DNA of 63,991 nt, counting the filler, from Neolecta irregularis DAH-3 (lineage: Eukaryota), in NCBI GenBank assembly GCA_001929475.1. It is 9 parts of 9 records of this genome, joined end to end, with 100 filler letters (N's around TTAATTAATTAA, not from the genome) between each part and the next. Parts side by side here need not be neighbours in the genome. Positions count along the whole stretch, not along the records: positions 1 to 25,834 come from LXFE01000468.1; positions 25,935 to 27,838 come from LXFE01003821.1; positions 27,939 to 38,092 come from LXFE01000474.1; 6 more parts are not named here. One strand, given 5' to 3'. The stretch's first letter is position 1. Every line of letters begins with the position of its first letter. Below are positions 22,879 to 35,340 of this stretch, one piece after another. The position numbers and the translations under genes are program-made. Below the pieces are notes generated by a model. The model saw only the letters and a list, made by a program, of their open reading frames with translations, made no database searches and had not been told where the DNA came from.

Positions 22879-25440
22879 TCACACAAAAGCCAGCTCTCCA
22901 CTCAAACTCGAATTGCGATATTTCATGCTTTCATCCTCTGAAGTACTGATAGGCCGCCTCTTTTTCATAAATTCAACAAGCTGCAGACGGGGCCGCTCGC
23001 TAAAGCTTTTGCTTTCCGACAGTGACATACCCCGAGAATAGACGGATACTGGAGACATTGGTGCACTGACTCTTGTCGCTACACCATATTCCGCTTCATC
23101 GACATCAAGGATGGACTCGCTTCGACTCCGCCCACTGAACCAGTGGTTTTGCCCATCGTTATGTTCTGCAAAATCATTTTGTGGAAACTGGTCATCTTGA
23201 GGACTACTCGCCGATTCAACGGAATCGGTATCAGAGTTCATCACTTGTCGCCACCGCTGTCCGGGACCAGTTGTTTGTTGAGGAATGCTTATTTCATCAC
23301 CATATGAATATTCTTTGATGTATTCATTTTCAGAGGAAGAATACGACCCGATAGTTGCGTAACTCTTCCGCTTGTCACCCACAGCAGCGATTTCCGGAAG
23401 TAGACCATCGGGTGGAGTAATGGAAACGATAGGAGGTCGAAGAGGATTTCCCGAATTATTTGTTGCAATTATTGGCTCAACAATACGAAGACTGAACAAT
23501 TCACTAGTGGAAACGGTGGCCACACTAATGTTACTCGATCGCCGCTTGGGGTTCAAAAGTCCAGTCCAATGTTTTGCGCTTGCTTCACTCTGTCGCCAAG
23601 ATATACGAGCGCTTCCAAAGCCTGGTGGCCCAGTTCCAATTGGTGCGAAAGCGTTATCAAAGGCATTGGCGAGATTTGTGTCGACTGTGAGAGCTAAGGG
23701 CGGGGCTCTAGGCCCGTGAGCCCCGCCAGGAATAGGAAGCGGTGGTAATTGATCAAAATGACGACTATAATCGTTTGGATCGTGCTGGGTCGTGGGTTCT
23801 GGAATCTCGGCCATAAATCCAGAAAGTCGACCAGCACCTGTGGTCTGAAAGATGCCTCCTAGTGCAGATAAACGACGAGGTGAATCCCACGCCTTCTCGT
23901 CAACGACCGGCCAACTATCCACGTCGCTAGTCTGGATGGGCCGTGAAATTTGATTGTAGGGGGATTCCAAACGGAGGGATCGATTATCTTGATGTCTGCG
24001 ATAACAGCAAAAGAGGCAACAAAGAGCACCAATGACAAGTATCGGCAACATTATTCCCAGTGCTATGGCAATTGTTTGTTTTTTTGAGATAGGAGTATGG
24101 AATGACCTATGTTGAGTAGCAGGAGAGGCCGTGGTTGATGGTGCTGGCTGAGTGGATGAAGCGAGACTCGAAGACAAGGGAATTTTAACGGATTTCACTG
24201 ATATTTTTTGAGTATCAGTGACGGTTGAGCCTGGCAGCGTAGCGTCCAATGTAATTTGGAATGGCGAGGCATCTTTGGGAACCTGTCCAGTGAATGTTCT
24301 AGTCGAATCATTGTAAGACAGCCATTTCGCGACACTCTGAGGATCATAAGATGCGGTAATGCTAACCAAGGGAGAGCTCAGATATGCTGGTGCTATCGTG
24401 TACGTGAACCGAGAGCCCAAGGTAGCATTGATTTCGGAAAAATTGCCTGTGAATAACTGATTCATGTTCATGACAACAACCTCGACGTTGAGAAAAATTG
24501 CCACATGGTCTGCATCGAGAAAAGTCAATTTGATATTTGTTGAATCCGCTGTTGATAACGGTGTTCCAGATAAAACCAAAGAAGAGTTGTCAAAACTGAT
24601 CCATTGATTGGTTGTGGTATTTGCAAATCCGGATACAATGTCGCCTTTTGTAGCTTCCCGGCCATCAATTTTGATTGTATTGATTGGGATGGGGTAATTG
24701 AACGGGGTTCCAACTGTGGCATTTTCAACGACGAACGAGTTTGATATTTCAAAAATGCGAGATCCAATTACAATGTTGAACACCTGTGCGGTGCCGGTGA
24801 AGCCTACGTAATCCGACGCAATGAGTTGAATGCCGAATATCTGAGGAGGCGCAACTAAGGAGGTGATAACAGGAGTCTTTCCAGAGAATGTCAATGTCGC
24901 AGGATTAAACTTGATCCAGGATGGCAGCGGTGATGAATCTACAGACACTGCATAATACCCAAGCGATGACCCTAAGCCATCCTTTCCAGCAAATGTATTC
25001 TGAGCGAATGTAAAACCGAAATTCGTGTTTGGCAAGAACACCAAGCCAGCAGCGCCGTCAGTCGCCCCGAGATGCGATAATTGACTTGTAACGGACTCTT
25101 TGATAGTAGGGGCTGGGGCGTCCGATACGATAAAAGTAATGTTATTGTCGGTTGAACCAGACTTGTCGGTGGCCGAGAGGATAAAGTGGAACGCACCGGC
25201 GTCCGAGGCTGAAGGTGTTCCCGAAAACCTTCTTGAAGAGGGATCAAATTGCAGCCAGCTTGGTTTCTGACTGACCGAGTATGCCATCGCAGATGTGGAA
25301 TAGAAGGTGTATTGTGAAAAGGTAAATTGAAAGGAGTTATTAACGCGAGCTACTGGAGGAACTTGTGCGTTGACGGGAAAGTCGAGGCTCGGAACAGCCA
25401 AGACAAAGGTAATAGCGATTAAGAATAGTGAATATAGCAT
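22879..25440 (-). CDS. axl2: Axl2/Bud10-like type I membrane protein with cadherin-like (CADG/He_PIG) repeats
   Basis: Signal peptide, FPVNAQVPPVARVN, repeated LPSW(L/I).F....TF.GTP, transmembrane IAIALGIMLPILVIGAL, and ISRP in a Ser-rich cytoplasmic tail. Confidence 0.88.
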   Translation of the reverse strand: MLYSLFLIAITFVLAVPSLDFPVNAQVPPVARVNNSFQFTFSQYTFYSTSAMAYSVSQKPSWLQFDPSSRRFSGTPSASDAGAFHFILSATDKSGSTDNNITFIVSDAPAPTIKESVTSQLSHLGATDGAAGLVFLPNTNFGFTFAQNTFAGKDGLGSSLGYYAVSVDSSPLPSWIKFNPATLTFSGKTPVITSLVAPPQIFGIQLIASDYVGFTGTAQVFNIVIGSRIFEISNSFVVENATVGTPFNYPIPINTIKIDGREATKGDIVSGFANTTTNQWISFDNSSLVLSGTPLSTADSTNIKLTFLDADHVAIFLNVEVVVMNMNQLFTGNFSEINATLGSRFTYTIAPAYLSSPLVSITASYDPQSVAKWLSYNDSTRTFTGQVPKDASPFQITLDATLPGSTVTDTQKISVKSVKIPLSSSLASSTQPAPSTTASPATQHRSFHTPISKKQTIAIALGIMLPILVIGALCCLFCCYRRHQDNRSLRLESPYNQISRPIQTSDVDSWPVVDEKAWDSPRRLSALGGIFQTTGAGRLSGFMAEIPEPTTQHDPNDYSRHFDQLPPLPIPGGAHGPRAPPLALTVDTNLANAFDNAFAPIGTGPPGFGSARISWRQSEASAKHWTGLLNPKRRSSNISVATVSTSELFSLRIVEPIIATNNSGNPLRPPIVSITPPDGLLPEIAAVGDKRKSYATIGSYSSSENEYIKEYSYGDEISIPQQTTGPGQRWRQVMNSDTDSVESASSPQDDQFPQNDFAEHNDGQNHWFSGRSRSESILDVDEAEYGVATRVSAPMSPVSVYSRGMSLSESKSFSERPRLQLVEFMKKRRPISTSEDESMKYRNSSLSGELAFV

Positions 25441-25834
25441 AGTGCTGGGGTGTCTCTGATTGGAAATGAACAAAGAGGACTATTCCAATTAGTGAAAGCA
25501 GAGAGTAATGCCCTACAGTGTGGATGATGATCGTGACTGGCACGAATCAACAGGGTGGTCCAACAAGGTAGAGTGAGGAAGAGGAAAGATGGAAGCGGGC
25601 GGGCAGTGCAGGATATGCCGAGTATTGACCAGCCTGCAGCCATTTCACAGGACATTTTTTGTCTCAGGTGTAACGCGTCCTTCGCGTCAGAGACGTGGTG
25701 GTGATTTCTCCTGGACAGGCTGGTCGGCGTTTGGTATCCCGACATTCTCCACCAAAATACCAGACGGCGGCTAGTATTGTAATTAATGTCTCATTATTAG
25801 TTTACAAGAGTCGCGACAAGAGTGGAGGAACTGC

Positions 25835-25934
25835 NNNNNNNNNNNNNNNNNNNNNNNNNNNNNNNNNNNNNNNNNNNNTTAATTAATTAANNNNNNNNNN
25901 NNNNNNNNNNNNNNNNNNNNNNNNNNNNNNNNNN
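25835..25934. other. Artificial contig linker (N-TTAATTAATTAA-N)
   Basis: Six-frame stop 12-mer embedded in Ns, identical at all eight joins. Confidence 0.97.
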
Positions 25935-26142
25935 CCTCGCGCTGGGCCCGCTGGCCGTGCCGCAGTCGCTGCTGCTGCTGTACGCGCCCGCGCTGCACCT
26001 CGCGCTGCTGCGCTTCCCCGCGTCGCTGCTGCCCGCCCTCGCCGGCCTCGTTGCCGCGCGCGTCTGGACTCTCGGCCTGCTGCCTGCCGCGCTGACGGGC
26101 CCCAACCCGCGCCCCGGCCCTGCCTCTGTCACCCTGCCGTGA
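25935..26142 (+). CDS. 3' end of a membrane protein (possibly Dsc2/UBAC2 rhomboid-like), truncated by the linker
   Basis: GC-rich hydrophobic frame ALHLALLRFPASLLPALAGLVAA ending in TGA. Family guess is weak. Confidence 0.35.
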
Positions 26143-26170
26143 TTCGGTCTGTATCGTTGGTCATTTATCT

Positions 26171-26376
26171 ACAATCATCAATCAACATCATCATCATCAT
26201 CAATCAACATCATCATCAATCAACATCATCATCATCATCAATCAACATCATCATCATCATCAATCAACATCAATCAACATAACATCAATCAATCAACATC
26301 AATCAACATCATCATCAATCAACATAACATCAATCAATCAACATCAATCAATCAACATCATCATCATCAATCAACA
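26171..26376 (+). repeat. Compound (CAT)n/(CAAT)n/CAACAT microsatellite
   Basis: Read directly; G-free run between two convergent genes. Confidence 0.95.
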
Positions 26377-26404
26377 TACTCTACTATATTCAATATCCAG
26401 CGAA

Positions 26405-27057
26405 TCAATACTTGGCTGCAATATTCTCGCTGTATCGCTTCTCAAGCTCCTTCCAGTTCATCACATTCCAGATCGCCTTGAAATAGTCCGCCTTGACATT
26501 CTGATACTGCAAATAGTACCTGCCGTTAGCCCGCTCCCCTGCTTTCATACGCATGCTCCCACGCATCAACCCCAATAATAACCTTGGGCCCAATCACCGG
26601 GTCCTGGTTCGCCGTAGTCGTAATCTGCAGCCGCCCGTTCTCCCCCTTGACCAACCACCCCCATCCGCTCCCCTGGATCCCCGCAAGCGCCCCGTTAAAC
26701 TTTTCAATAAACGCCTTCATCCCCCCAAACTCGCTCTCGATCGCTTCCTTCAGATGCCCCTCCGCCTGCTGCCCAGCCGGCGCAAGCGTCTTCCAGAAAA
26801 TACTGTGGTTGATATCTACATCAGTTGCGTCCCTGCACACACATACGCCCGCCCCCATTAAACTTGAGCGCTGCCTGAAGCGCAAGCTGCCCTGCGACAT
26901 CCCCGTTCTCAGTCGCCACCGCATACTTTTGCTCCGCCGCATTCAAATTGGAAATATACGTCTGGTGGTGCTTTTGGTGATGAATTCGCATGATTTCCCC
27001 AGAAATATACGGCTCAAGGTCGTGGTAACCATACGGAAGATCAGGAAGCGTGTACAT
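26405..27057 (-). CDS. Manganese superoxide dismutase (Fe/Mn SOD family) without mitochondrial presequence, 3 exons
   Basis: [61 protein letters not shown]. Confidence 0.95.
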
Positions 27058-27180
27058 GGTAGTCGGTAGAGTTCAGTCGAGCGTCAGTAGAAGAGGGGTC
27101 GACTAGTCCACTGACTTGCGTCATCATTAAACAGGTTAACGTATCAGGTATGTCATTAATGAATCAACTATGTCAACTGA

Positions 27181-27360
27181 ATGGAATATCATTATGAATT
27201 GATTATGATTATGAATTGATTATTGATTATATTGAATATGATTATATATGAATATGATTATGAATATGATTATGAATATGAATATGAATATATTGAATGT
27301 CGATGAATTGGAATATCGATGAATCTGAATATCTGAATTTGAATATCTGAATTTGAATGG
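27181..27360 (+). repeat. AT-rich (TGAATA/TGATTA)n low-complexity repeat
   Basis: Read directly, upstream of the SOD gene. Confidence 0.85.
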
Positions 27361-27838
27361 GTATTACTCATTGCAGCCGCTCATACTCTGGATGTGGGTG
27401 GTGGTTACTTTGAACTGTGTTCAAAACACTATTTGGTGATTTCTGCCTCTTCCAGTGCTCCGATTTCAGCGATTTAAGATTCGTTGGAAAGCCCTCGTCG
27501 AGGCGCATCTTTTCATAGTATTTTCATTTTTCTACCATGAGTTTTGGATACCGTTCGTGAGATCCATGTATTAGTTCCTGCAATTGGCTAATTATGAAGC
27601 GATCAAACAAGTTTTCCGGGGATGCTGCTTTTGTACTGTTTTCAGGATTAATGAATACAGGCAACTATGCGGCCCACACCCCACACGGAACAAGGGAACT
27701 GGTGGCGCCTGTCCAGTTTGGGCATGCCGAGCACAAGTGGAGGTCACAAGCCAGAAGCGAAAGGAGCGGAACTCAAGGCGCTCTGCCGGGTTAATTTATA
27801 CGACGGGCGTGGTCAGGCTTACTCAACTAGGAAATTAT

Positions 27839-27938
27839 NNNNNNNNNNNNNNNNNNNNNNNNNNNNNNNNNNNNNNNNNNNNTTAATTAATTAANNNNNN
27901 NNNNNNNNNNNNNNNNNNNNNNNNNNNNNNNNNNNNNN
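27839..27938. other. Artificial contig linker
   Basis: N-TTAATTAATTAA-N. Confidence 0.97.
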
Positions 27939-28138
27939 TGGTGGTATAAATAAGACTTAGGATAAGGTTAATAAGTATATGGGATCACTAAAGAAGATGT
28001 GGATGGGTTAATCCCTCACTGCCTTGTATGTCAGATGAATGCGTTGCATAGGTGGTGGTGAGGTTGGTGGAGGACGGTCACAGATTTGGTGGTGAAGTTG
28101 GGCGACTCCACAGGTGGGACGATTCCACAGGTGGGACA
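27939..28138 (+). mobile_element. Degenerate mini-element with integrase HHCC zinc-finger remnant, copy A
   Basis: Near-identical to 38247-38430. Carries a stop and a 4-bp deletion in the zinc-finger frame and ends ...CCACAGGTGGGACA. Confidence 0.7.
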
Positions 28139-28199
28139 AAACACAAGTTTTCTCGTTTTCCAAATCGCGCTCCACCGTACCAATACAACATACGCTTTT

Positions 28200-29054
28200 A
28201 TGGCGGTTCGGGCACAATTCGAAGGATCAAACGAGTATGAATGCTTTGAAATGAGCACTCTAAAGTCAAGGATTGGAGTGTTCTCAACTCTCACAAATTC
28301 ATATTGTCTCGTCGCAATCGGAGGAAGTGAAAACTTTTATTCGTACGACAGAATATATTCCAGGCACAAGTTTGACACATCAGAATATTTGAATCAGAGC
28401 TACAAGACCTTGTACCGGTAGTACATACGTCGATAAATGGAACTCGGATAATTGGACGTCTCACAGCGGGAAACCGACGTGGTCTTTTAGTGCCTATGAA
28501 CACAACAGACCAGGAACTCCAACATCTGCGAAATTCACTTCCCAGTGAGATCAAAATTCAACGAGTAGAGGAACGATTATCAGCTCTGGGCAATGTCATT
28601 GCTGCTAATGATTATGTCGCGCTTGTACATCCCGACATTGAAAGGGAAACAGAAGAAATTATTGCGGATGTTTTGGGAGTGGAAGTGTTTAGACAAACAG
28701 TCTCCGAGAATGTACTTGTTGGAAGTTATTGCGCTTTGAGTAACCAGGGTGGTCTTGTATGTGCAAAGACGAAACCATCCGAGATGGACGAATTAAGCTC
28801 GTTGTTGCAAGTGCCTATCGTCGCTGGAACGTTAAACAGAGGTATGGTTCACCTAGTTTTCAACGATCTTGATGTGTCTAGGCTCGGATGTAATTGGTGC
28901 AGGTCTGGTGGTGAATGACTGGTCTGCCTTTGCCGGGATGGATTCTACAGCTACTGAATTAAATGTGGTTGAAAGTATATTCAGAGTCAATGAAGGAAGG
29001 CCAGAGAATGTCACTGGAAAGAACCGCGATGCACTTGTTGAAGCATATGCCTAA
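28200..29054 (+). CDS. tif6: Translation initiation factor eIF6, multi-exon
   Basis: [65 protein letters not shown]. Confidence 0.97.
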
Positions 29055-29159
29055 AACTTGTCTCCTTAATAAAAATGAATGCATATCCGCCTTAAAACAA
29101 AACTGCCGTTACCTGTTATCGTTGGTCGTTAAAATTCATTAAAAGCCATCGGCAAAGTG

Positions 29160-29911
29160 TCAAGGCTTGTCATCTCGGTGTTCAACCTGATTACTGCATA
29201 AATGTTCCTCTCGCAGTCTCTGGTACAGCTTGACCCATCCGATACCAATCTCAATCTCCCTCTGTATTACACCCTGTTTCTCCCTCCACACTCGAACAGT
29301 TTCCATAGACAGCTTCTCGAAAGCCGGATGGTTATTATGGAGTCCTTCGATCCCGAGATTTATGGCTGAAGTTTGATGGGCGCAATTCCGGAGAAAATTA
29401 TCCCAGTGTCGGATCTTTGACTCAATAGATTGCAGCTGTGCTGACTTGCCAAACTCATTGTATACTGGAGATGGTAATGCTTCATATCCTAAGTAATCGT
29501 TGGAAGTCCGACGGTTAAGCTCTATATCATGAGCAGCATTCCTCTTGTTTGCATACGCTCTTTCGATGTTCTTAGGGGTGGAAGAAGGATAGATGCGGAA
29601 GAGCTAGTCGATTTCTCGCCTTTAATATTTTGGACCTTGTTACGTTGCTCCGGGTCTAATAGATAAGTCACGGCAAAACAGGACACAAACGACGATCTCG
29701 TTGGTCAGAAATATCCATAAATATCCACATTAAACGGGAACCTCGTCATTTTATCATATCTGCTGCATTCAACTTCGGAATTTGTTATCGCAAGTAACGC
29801 CGTTCCAGATAGTATCAGTTTGGGAAATATTTTGCTCTTTTCGGACGATTTAGTTTCCGTATACAGAAAATCATTCTTCGTCCGGCGAGTTTTAAATGCG
29901 ATATACCGCAT
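29160..29911 (-). CDS. Hypothetical spliced gene not captured by the ORF track
   Basis: Stop-free frame 29603-29160 (about 147 codons, LFRIYPSSTPKNIERAY...) starts right after a TAG acceptor. The small upstream ORF 29705..29911 may be exon 1. Confidence 0.35.
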
Positions 29912-32895
29912 ATGGTTTCTCTAAACCATAACCTTTCCGCATTCACATTGGCTTTGGAGTGTGGAAATCAGTTGATCTTATGCTTCCGGCAATGAATTCT
30001 TTGGATTGTGGAAATCAGTTGATCTTGCTTCCGGCAATGATAACAATTCATTGTCAGAAGCACAAGATCTTAGGATTCTCCTGGACAATGAGAATTATTT
30101 CTTGAAATGAAGAACGCTCTTTATCACTGTAATGACAAACTTGGGGAGATACAGCTCTGTTTAATATTATGTTACTGCTGGGCTTGTAATTCTAATCTGA
30201 AACATCATTTCTGGCCGGAACCGGTTGTCAGGGGAATTGATAACAAACTGCACAAAATCCAGAGATCGCGATGCAATATCAAATTCGAATTCTGAGGCAA
30301 GTCCACTGAATAAAATCTTGAATTTTCCGTCGAAAGACAATCATCATGGCGTTTATTGCATGCCTACAGAATAAAATCACCTGTGGGGTATATTAGGCTT
30401 TTTCATTAACCTCCACAGCGCTCACTTGATAGGATCGAGCGCACGAATACGACCGTTCCTCGATTGTGAGAGCTATTTTGTCCGAATTCCTATACTTTTC
30501 CTCCATGGAAATCACTATTTGTGTTTTTTATCCCTTACCAATACAGTAACAAGGCGTAGGATAATATTACGGCCATTAATGGCCAGGCATAAAAGCGGAG
30601 TATGTAGTTATACCTAGCCTTAGTCTTTTAACTTAGGCTAGGAATAATAAATGGTCTTATTTGTAACTTGAGACGTGAAGCTTACATATCAAGTCGATTT
30701 TCACTGCCATTCTGAATAAACTGGAAACGTTCATCGAAAATTCTTAATATTCCTGGTTTCAAAGGGTTGCAGAGCCCGTCGTACATAATACGAATAAAAA
30801 GAGAAGTCAACAGTTTTGCGGAGATGATTCGGAATGTTTTCTCCTTTGAAATCTCTGGCCAAGGTTTGTGTGATCTTGTTCATTTCATCGGTCGAGTTTT
30901 ACGAACGCGGACAATATGACAGTAGTCTGGGTAACGTCAGTTTTAAACACGTTTCCATGATTCAGACCGATCTTGTGCGAAGGGTACCTCACTGAAGAGC
31001 GTGAAACCATCAGAACAAATACAAGAGTACAGAGGTCACCCAGTAGTCCAGCTGGTGTTGAACGATACGAGTAATGCTGAAATTGGGATTTGGCCTGGTA
31101 ATGCGACAAAGGACGATAGCTTTCGACCCCTTAGAATCCTTCTATGCTGTTTGGATGATTGGAAAAGTATGTTCCATTCTCGATGAACCAGGCCTGTGGG
31201 CATCCCATTCTATCAACAACTGGCGAGTCAATAACAGCGCTGAGCACAGAGAGCATAGGGGATGTTCGTAAGTGTGTAACAGCAATGTCACACATTCAGT
31301 TCAAGTAAAGTCGATTTTTTCTTGATGTCATGAACCAAGTCTTCGCGGAACATTTTTTTGAATCTAGAACTGAAAGTCTTGGCAAATTAAAGGGACCAGC
31401 CCCACGCTTTAGCTGGTGTTTGACTTTTCTCTCTTGTCAAGTCGTTGTACAATTCCTGATATCTACTGCAAACAGGACCTGTCTGATGGAATAGAACATC
31501 TTGCGACCCTGTTCAATTTCTTTTTGACAAAGGGCGATGGACTGAAAACACCGTCATTTTTCCTGATGGAGAATCTCATTCCCGCTTTCACGCGATGTCA
31601 AAGCTTCTACTACGGGATCCATCGATCGTTTTCTGCATACGACGATCTGGAACGTGCCAGTATTCTGGAAAACATTTGCTTTTTCCAACTATTGTTTGCA
31701 GTGTGTTCGACATGCGTATTGCTATTCTTGCACGCATTACACCATTATTTTGATCTTTCCATGGTGAAGGTTTGATTTCCCAATGGATTGAGCCGAAAGC
31801 GTGCTTGCATTTAATTATTTATTCTTTTTAGAAGGATGGCGAGGCATGGTGACAGATAATGGATCAAGAACTCTTCACGATTCTTGCCGAAAAACGCCCA
31901 GAAGGATTGCGGGAAAGGCTTTGAATCTGACGTAGCGCTAGAAAACAACCTCCTTCTTCTGGAAGACAAACATCGATTTATATCGATGGAACTGTGGAGA
32001 AAGGAAGACTGCGTACAAAGTGCATTCCAATGTTCTATAACCAGCTCCGTCCCATGTACCATACAAAAAACACCAAGAGAATCCGCCATGCCACGCCCAG
32101 CGCAAACCCATCCATCATTGGTTACTTTAGTCGTTTCTGCTCGTTCTGCTGCCGTGTATGGCGTTCTCGAATGACATTGTAGGTTATGGTTCTATTATCT
32201 CGCAGGAGTTCTTCGAGATGCTGGATATACTCGGCCATGGGGTTATCATTTGCAGGGCGAGTAGAAGGCATGAGCATTGTGAACTGGGGTTGATGCAAGC
32301 GGGAGATTGGCGGTTTATATAAACCCAGATCACCTGGCGAAATATGCGGGGGGCGGAGGAGAGTGTAGCGATTAAGCGAACGCACGTATAAAAACCTCGC
32401 TCGTCTCGAGAAACACTAAAGTAAGCTGCCGTCTGGATTGGTTGTCTGTTGTCCAATCTCTTGTCCCCTATGCAAATATTCGGATTCGCCATCCCGGAGA
32501 AATCGCTTGATATTTATTTTTATTGGAAAGCTGGGAAATACCGCGAAGAAGTGTTGCCGATCTTTGTGATCGTGATGTATTTAATAAGCGCATGGACAGT
32601 CATGCACTCGCTTTTTCGCTTAGCCGGCGGATGATTTGCCGGATCGCGCAGCAACTTTCACATTTGGGGACAAGATAGCCGAGCACATGAACTTGCGTAT
32701 ATCGGGATCTGAAATCTGGACCAATCATCTCGAGATCCGTTGCTGGTCGACATGGTAATTCGCGTGCGGGGTTCCACCCCGATCAGACGGAGTATTTCTG
32801 AACATATGGTGGTGGACTGAGTACTAAATGATATGGAAAAGCAAGGAACTGGATTGATTATTATATCCTAACTGAAGGCACAGAGAAATCGTCTG

Positions 32896-33514
32896 TTAGA
32901 CCATCATAGTTCCCAAGATAATGCCCACCACAAGCGATCCCAAAGCCGCCTTCTCTGCTCCACTTTTCGGGTTTCCAGATCCTGACGCAGTGGTGTTTGA
33001 GCTCGAAACGCCAGATCCAGTCGAGGAGCTCGAACTGGCCGTGTTTGGAGTTGCAGATGGTGTAGTGACAACGGGATTAGCACCGCCGGAAGCCGCCGCG
33101 GAATTTGGGTAGGTCGAGGCAAATGTCACGCCAGCGACTGTAGTTGGCAATGTCTTGTCTCCGAGATCTGCGCCGATGGCCGCAGCAACGACGCTGGGCG
33201 CCGCGAGTTTGTAGCCGGCGGCATCGCAGCCCTGTACCCCCTCAGCTACAGCAATGTCCAGGTCCGACTGCTGGCAGGCCTTGGCGGCACAATCCACCAC
33301 GATTTTCTATCTCCGTCAGCAATGCCCCTGGCACGGAGTATACCAGCCATTTGGGGTCGCCGCAATTGCACACAAACCAGGAAGGGTTGGTTTGGGGACA
33401 TTTCGCGTTGGGATTGTCGTTGATGCATTTCAGTGCACAGGCAGGCACGTTGTCCTGGATCGCAGCAGAGACGATAGAGATAAACGAGACGAGCGAGAGG
33501 ATGGCGAATCGCAT
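32896..33514 (-). CDS. CFEM-domain GPI-anchored protein, 2 exons
   Basis: Signal peptide, VPACALKC...C...CNC...DC..KAC...C eight-Cys pattern, Ser/Thr-rich stalk and a GPI signal (SGAEKAALGSLVVGIILG). Confidence 0.88.
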
Positions 33515-35340
33515 AGCCGATACAATAACGAAGAGCAACGAGGGGAAACAAAGGAGGTGGTGGTGAAGATGTGGAGAGAGAAAGGGGCCCGCTTTATAAT
33601 CGCGGCGCATCATTCCCTTCGCGCAGGCGCGTTCCAAATTTGCTTTATCCTCCATCAGAATTTATAACTGATAGTCATAACGACCTTTTAATCCCAAAGA
33701 TCTTTTGTCAGAGACTCAAGCACGACTTTCTTTATTTTTCAGGTATTGAGAGGGAAATGCCACTGGTCTCTCGAATGGTTTTCTGTGTTGGAATTTGCGC
33801 CCCTGAACTTCTATTTCTACCTGTCAGAGCAGAAACTAGCCAAAGACTGGGTTTCTTGATACTTTTTTGTACGTCAGCGTGCAAAGAGATAATACCCGGA
33901 TCGGCAGAATAATTATCCCGAGCATTATCAAAATAACAGTTGGATAACTAGGAAGCGAAAAGACATTTGTATATCGCTTCTTGGTCCGCTATTCTGACTT
34001 GTCAATCTCATGAAGTTCCCTTTGCGCAGAAATATTCAACTCTTAAATATTCCGCACAGAAATCTGTTTCAGCATAGTGGTCACTTGCAGCGCTTAATCA
34101 CGGGCTAATTCACACTTCAAACACAAAGAATCATTAGCCACAGCAAGAATTCGAAAACATGTCGGGTCGCAGCCTGTTATACTGCAACCTTTTCTTTTTT
34201 TCGGAATTCCTCGCTCAACAGGGCTTGGTCGTGAATCCTTTTTTCCCATGCCATTTATATCCTTATCTATCTCGGATCTTCACGCCTCCGACGATGAGTG
34301 TGATTGGACACTCGTGTGGGGAACAATGCAACATCATGATTCGCTGCGAATGCAAATTGGTTTACGATGGACTGGATTTTAGAAAGTTTGATAGCAACTA
34401 GCAGCCAATAGATTCAAAGGAAGAACTATGTTATCTTTAGAGTACCCTAGAGCTATCTAGACCCTCCCTTTTACGTATATAATGGGTGAAACTCCTTGTT
34501 CCATTGGCTTAAGAATCTGTATAGAACAATGGGTGTTCAAGGCAAATTGTCAAGGTAGCAGCCAATAGATGGTATCGTGTCGGACTTGGCCTTTAGGCTA
34601 ATTGGTTATATGGGATACTTGAGCATTGAAAAGCGTCCTGAGCGATAGCTTCTCTGCAGGAATGCAGTTGCAAGGCTATTCTAAACATTGCGATGCGGTA
34701 ATATTTTTCCTATCAACCTCGAATCGTCTCAAAACCCCGGCGGTTCCTTTTGGAAACTCCCCCACGCTATTTTTCAGAGATATAATTGGCTGGTCAAGGG
34801 TCCAGTCACGAAATCGTCTGTAAATAGCCTCAGACCAAGGGCCAGTAATGCGACAAATTCACCCCACATCAGCGCTATGACGCGTCGGGGTATCAAAATA
34901 TACTGCTTTTGTGTCCTCCGCGCAAAAACATGGACCGGAAAAGAGCGGGTCTCACACTCAGCCTAATATCTCAAAACGAGGTGATTATTTCCGCGGGAGG
35001 GAAGTTATCCGAGGAATGTGTATGCTGGGATGGGTAGCTGGCTGTCCGGAAGCAGAAATCATGGAAGCCGCTTTTTCGCGTCGCTGTGTTCGGCAAAAGG
35101 CTTTCCTGAAGTAAATGAGCCCCAAACACCGGGTTCCGCTGGATTCCGCGCATCCGCTAGTGTATATTTACACCCGTGGCGGCTCTATTGAACCAAAGTT
35201 AAATCAACCGAACCTGACTAGATCTGCGCTTGGAGCATACGGACGGAAGCTGGACTTTCCGCGTTGGTGCTATCTTGCGTATTTTAATCAGCTCCTAGCC
35301 ATCCCGTCGTGCCTCCCTCCCCTTTCATAGACACACCGCC

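Noticed and set aside
29961-30040. Short direct duplication gtggaaatcagttgatctt(at)gcttccggcaatga
   Set aside because: Two-copy local duplication with no associated feature.
32122-32385. MAEYIQHLEELLRDNRTITY resembling a Pol32/Cdc27 N-terminus
   Set aside because: Similarity is too short and no downstream exons could be assembled; 30100-32600 remains unresolved.
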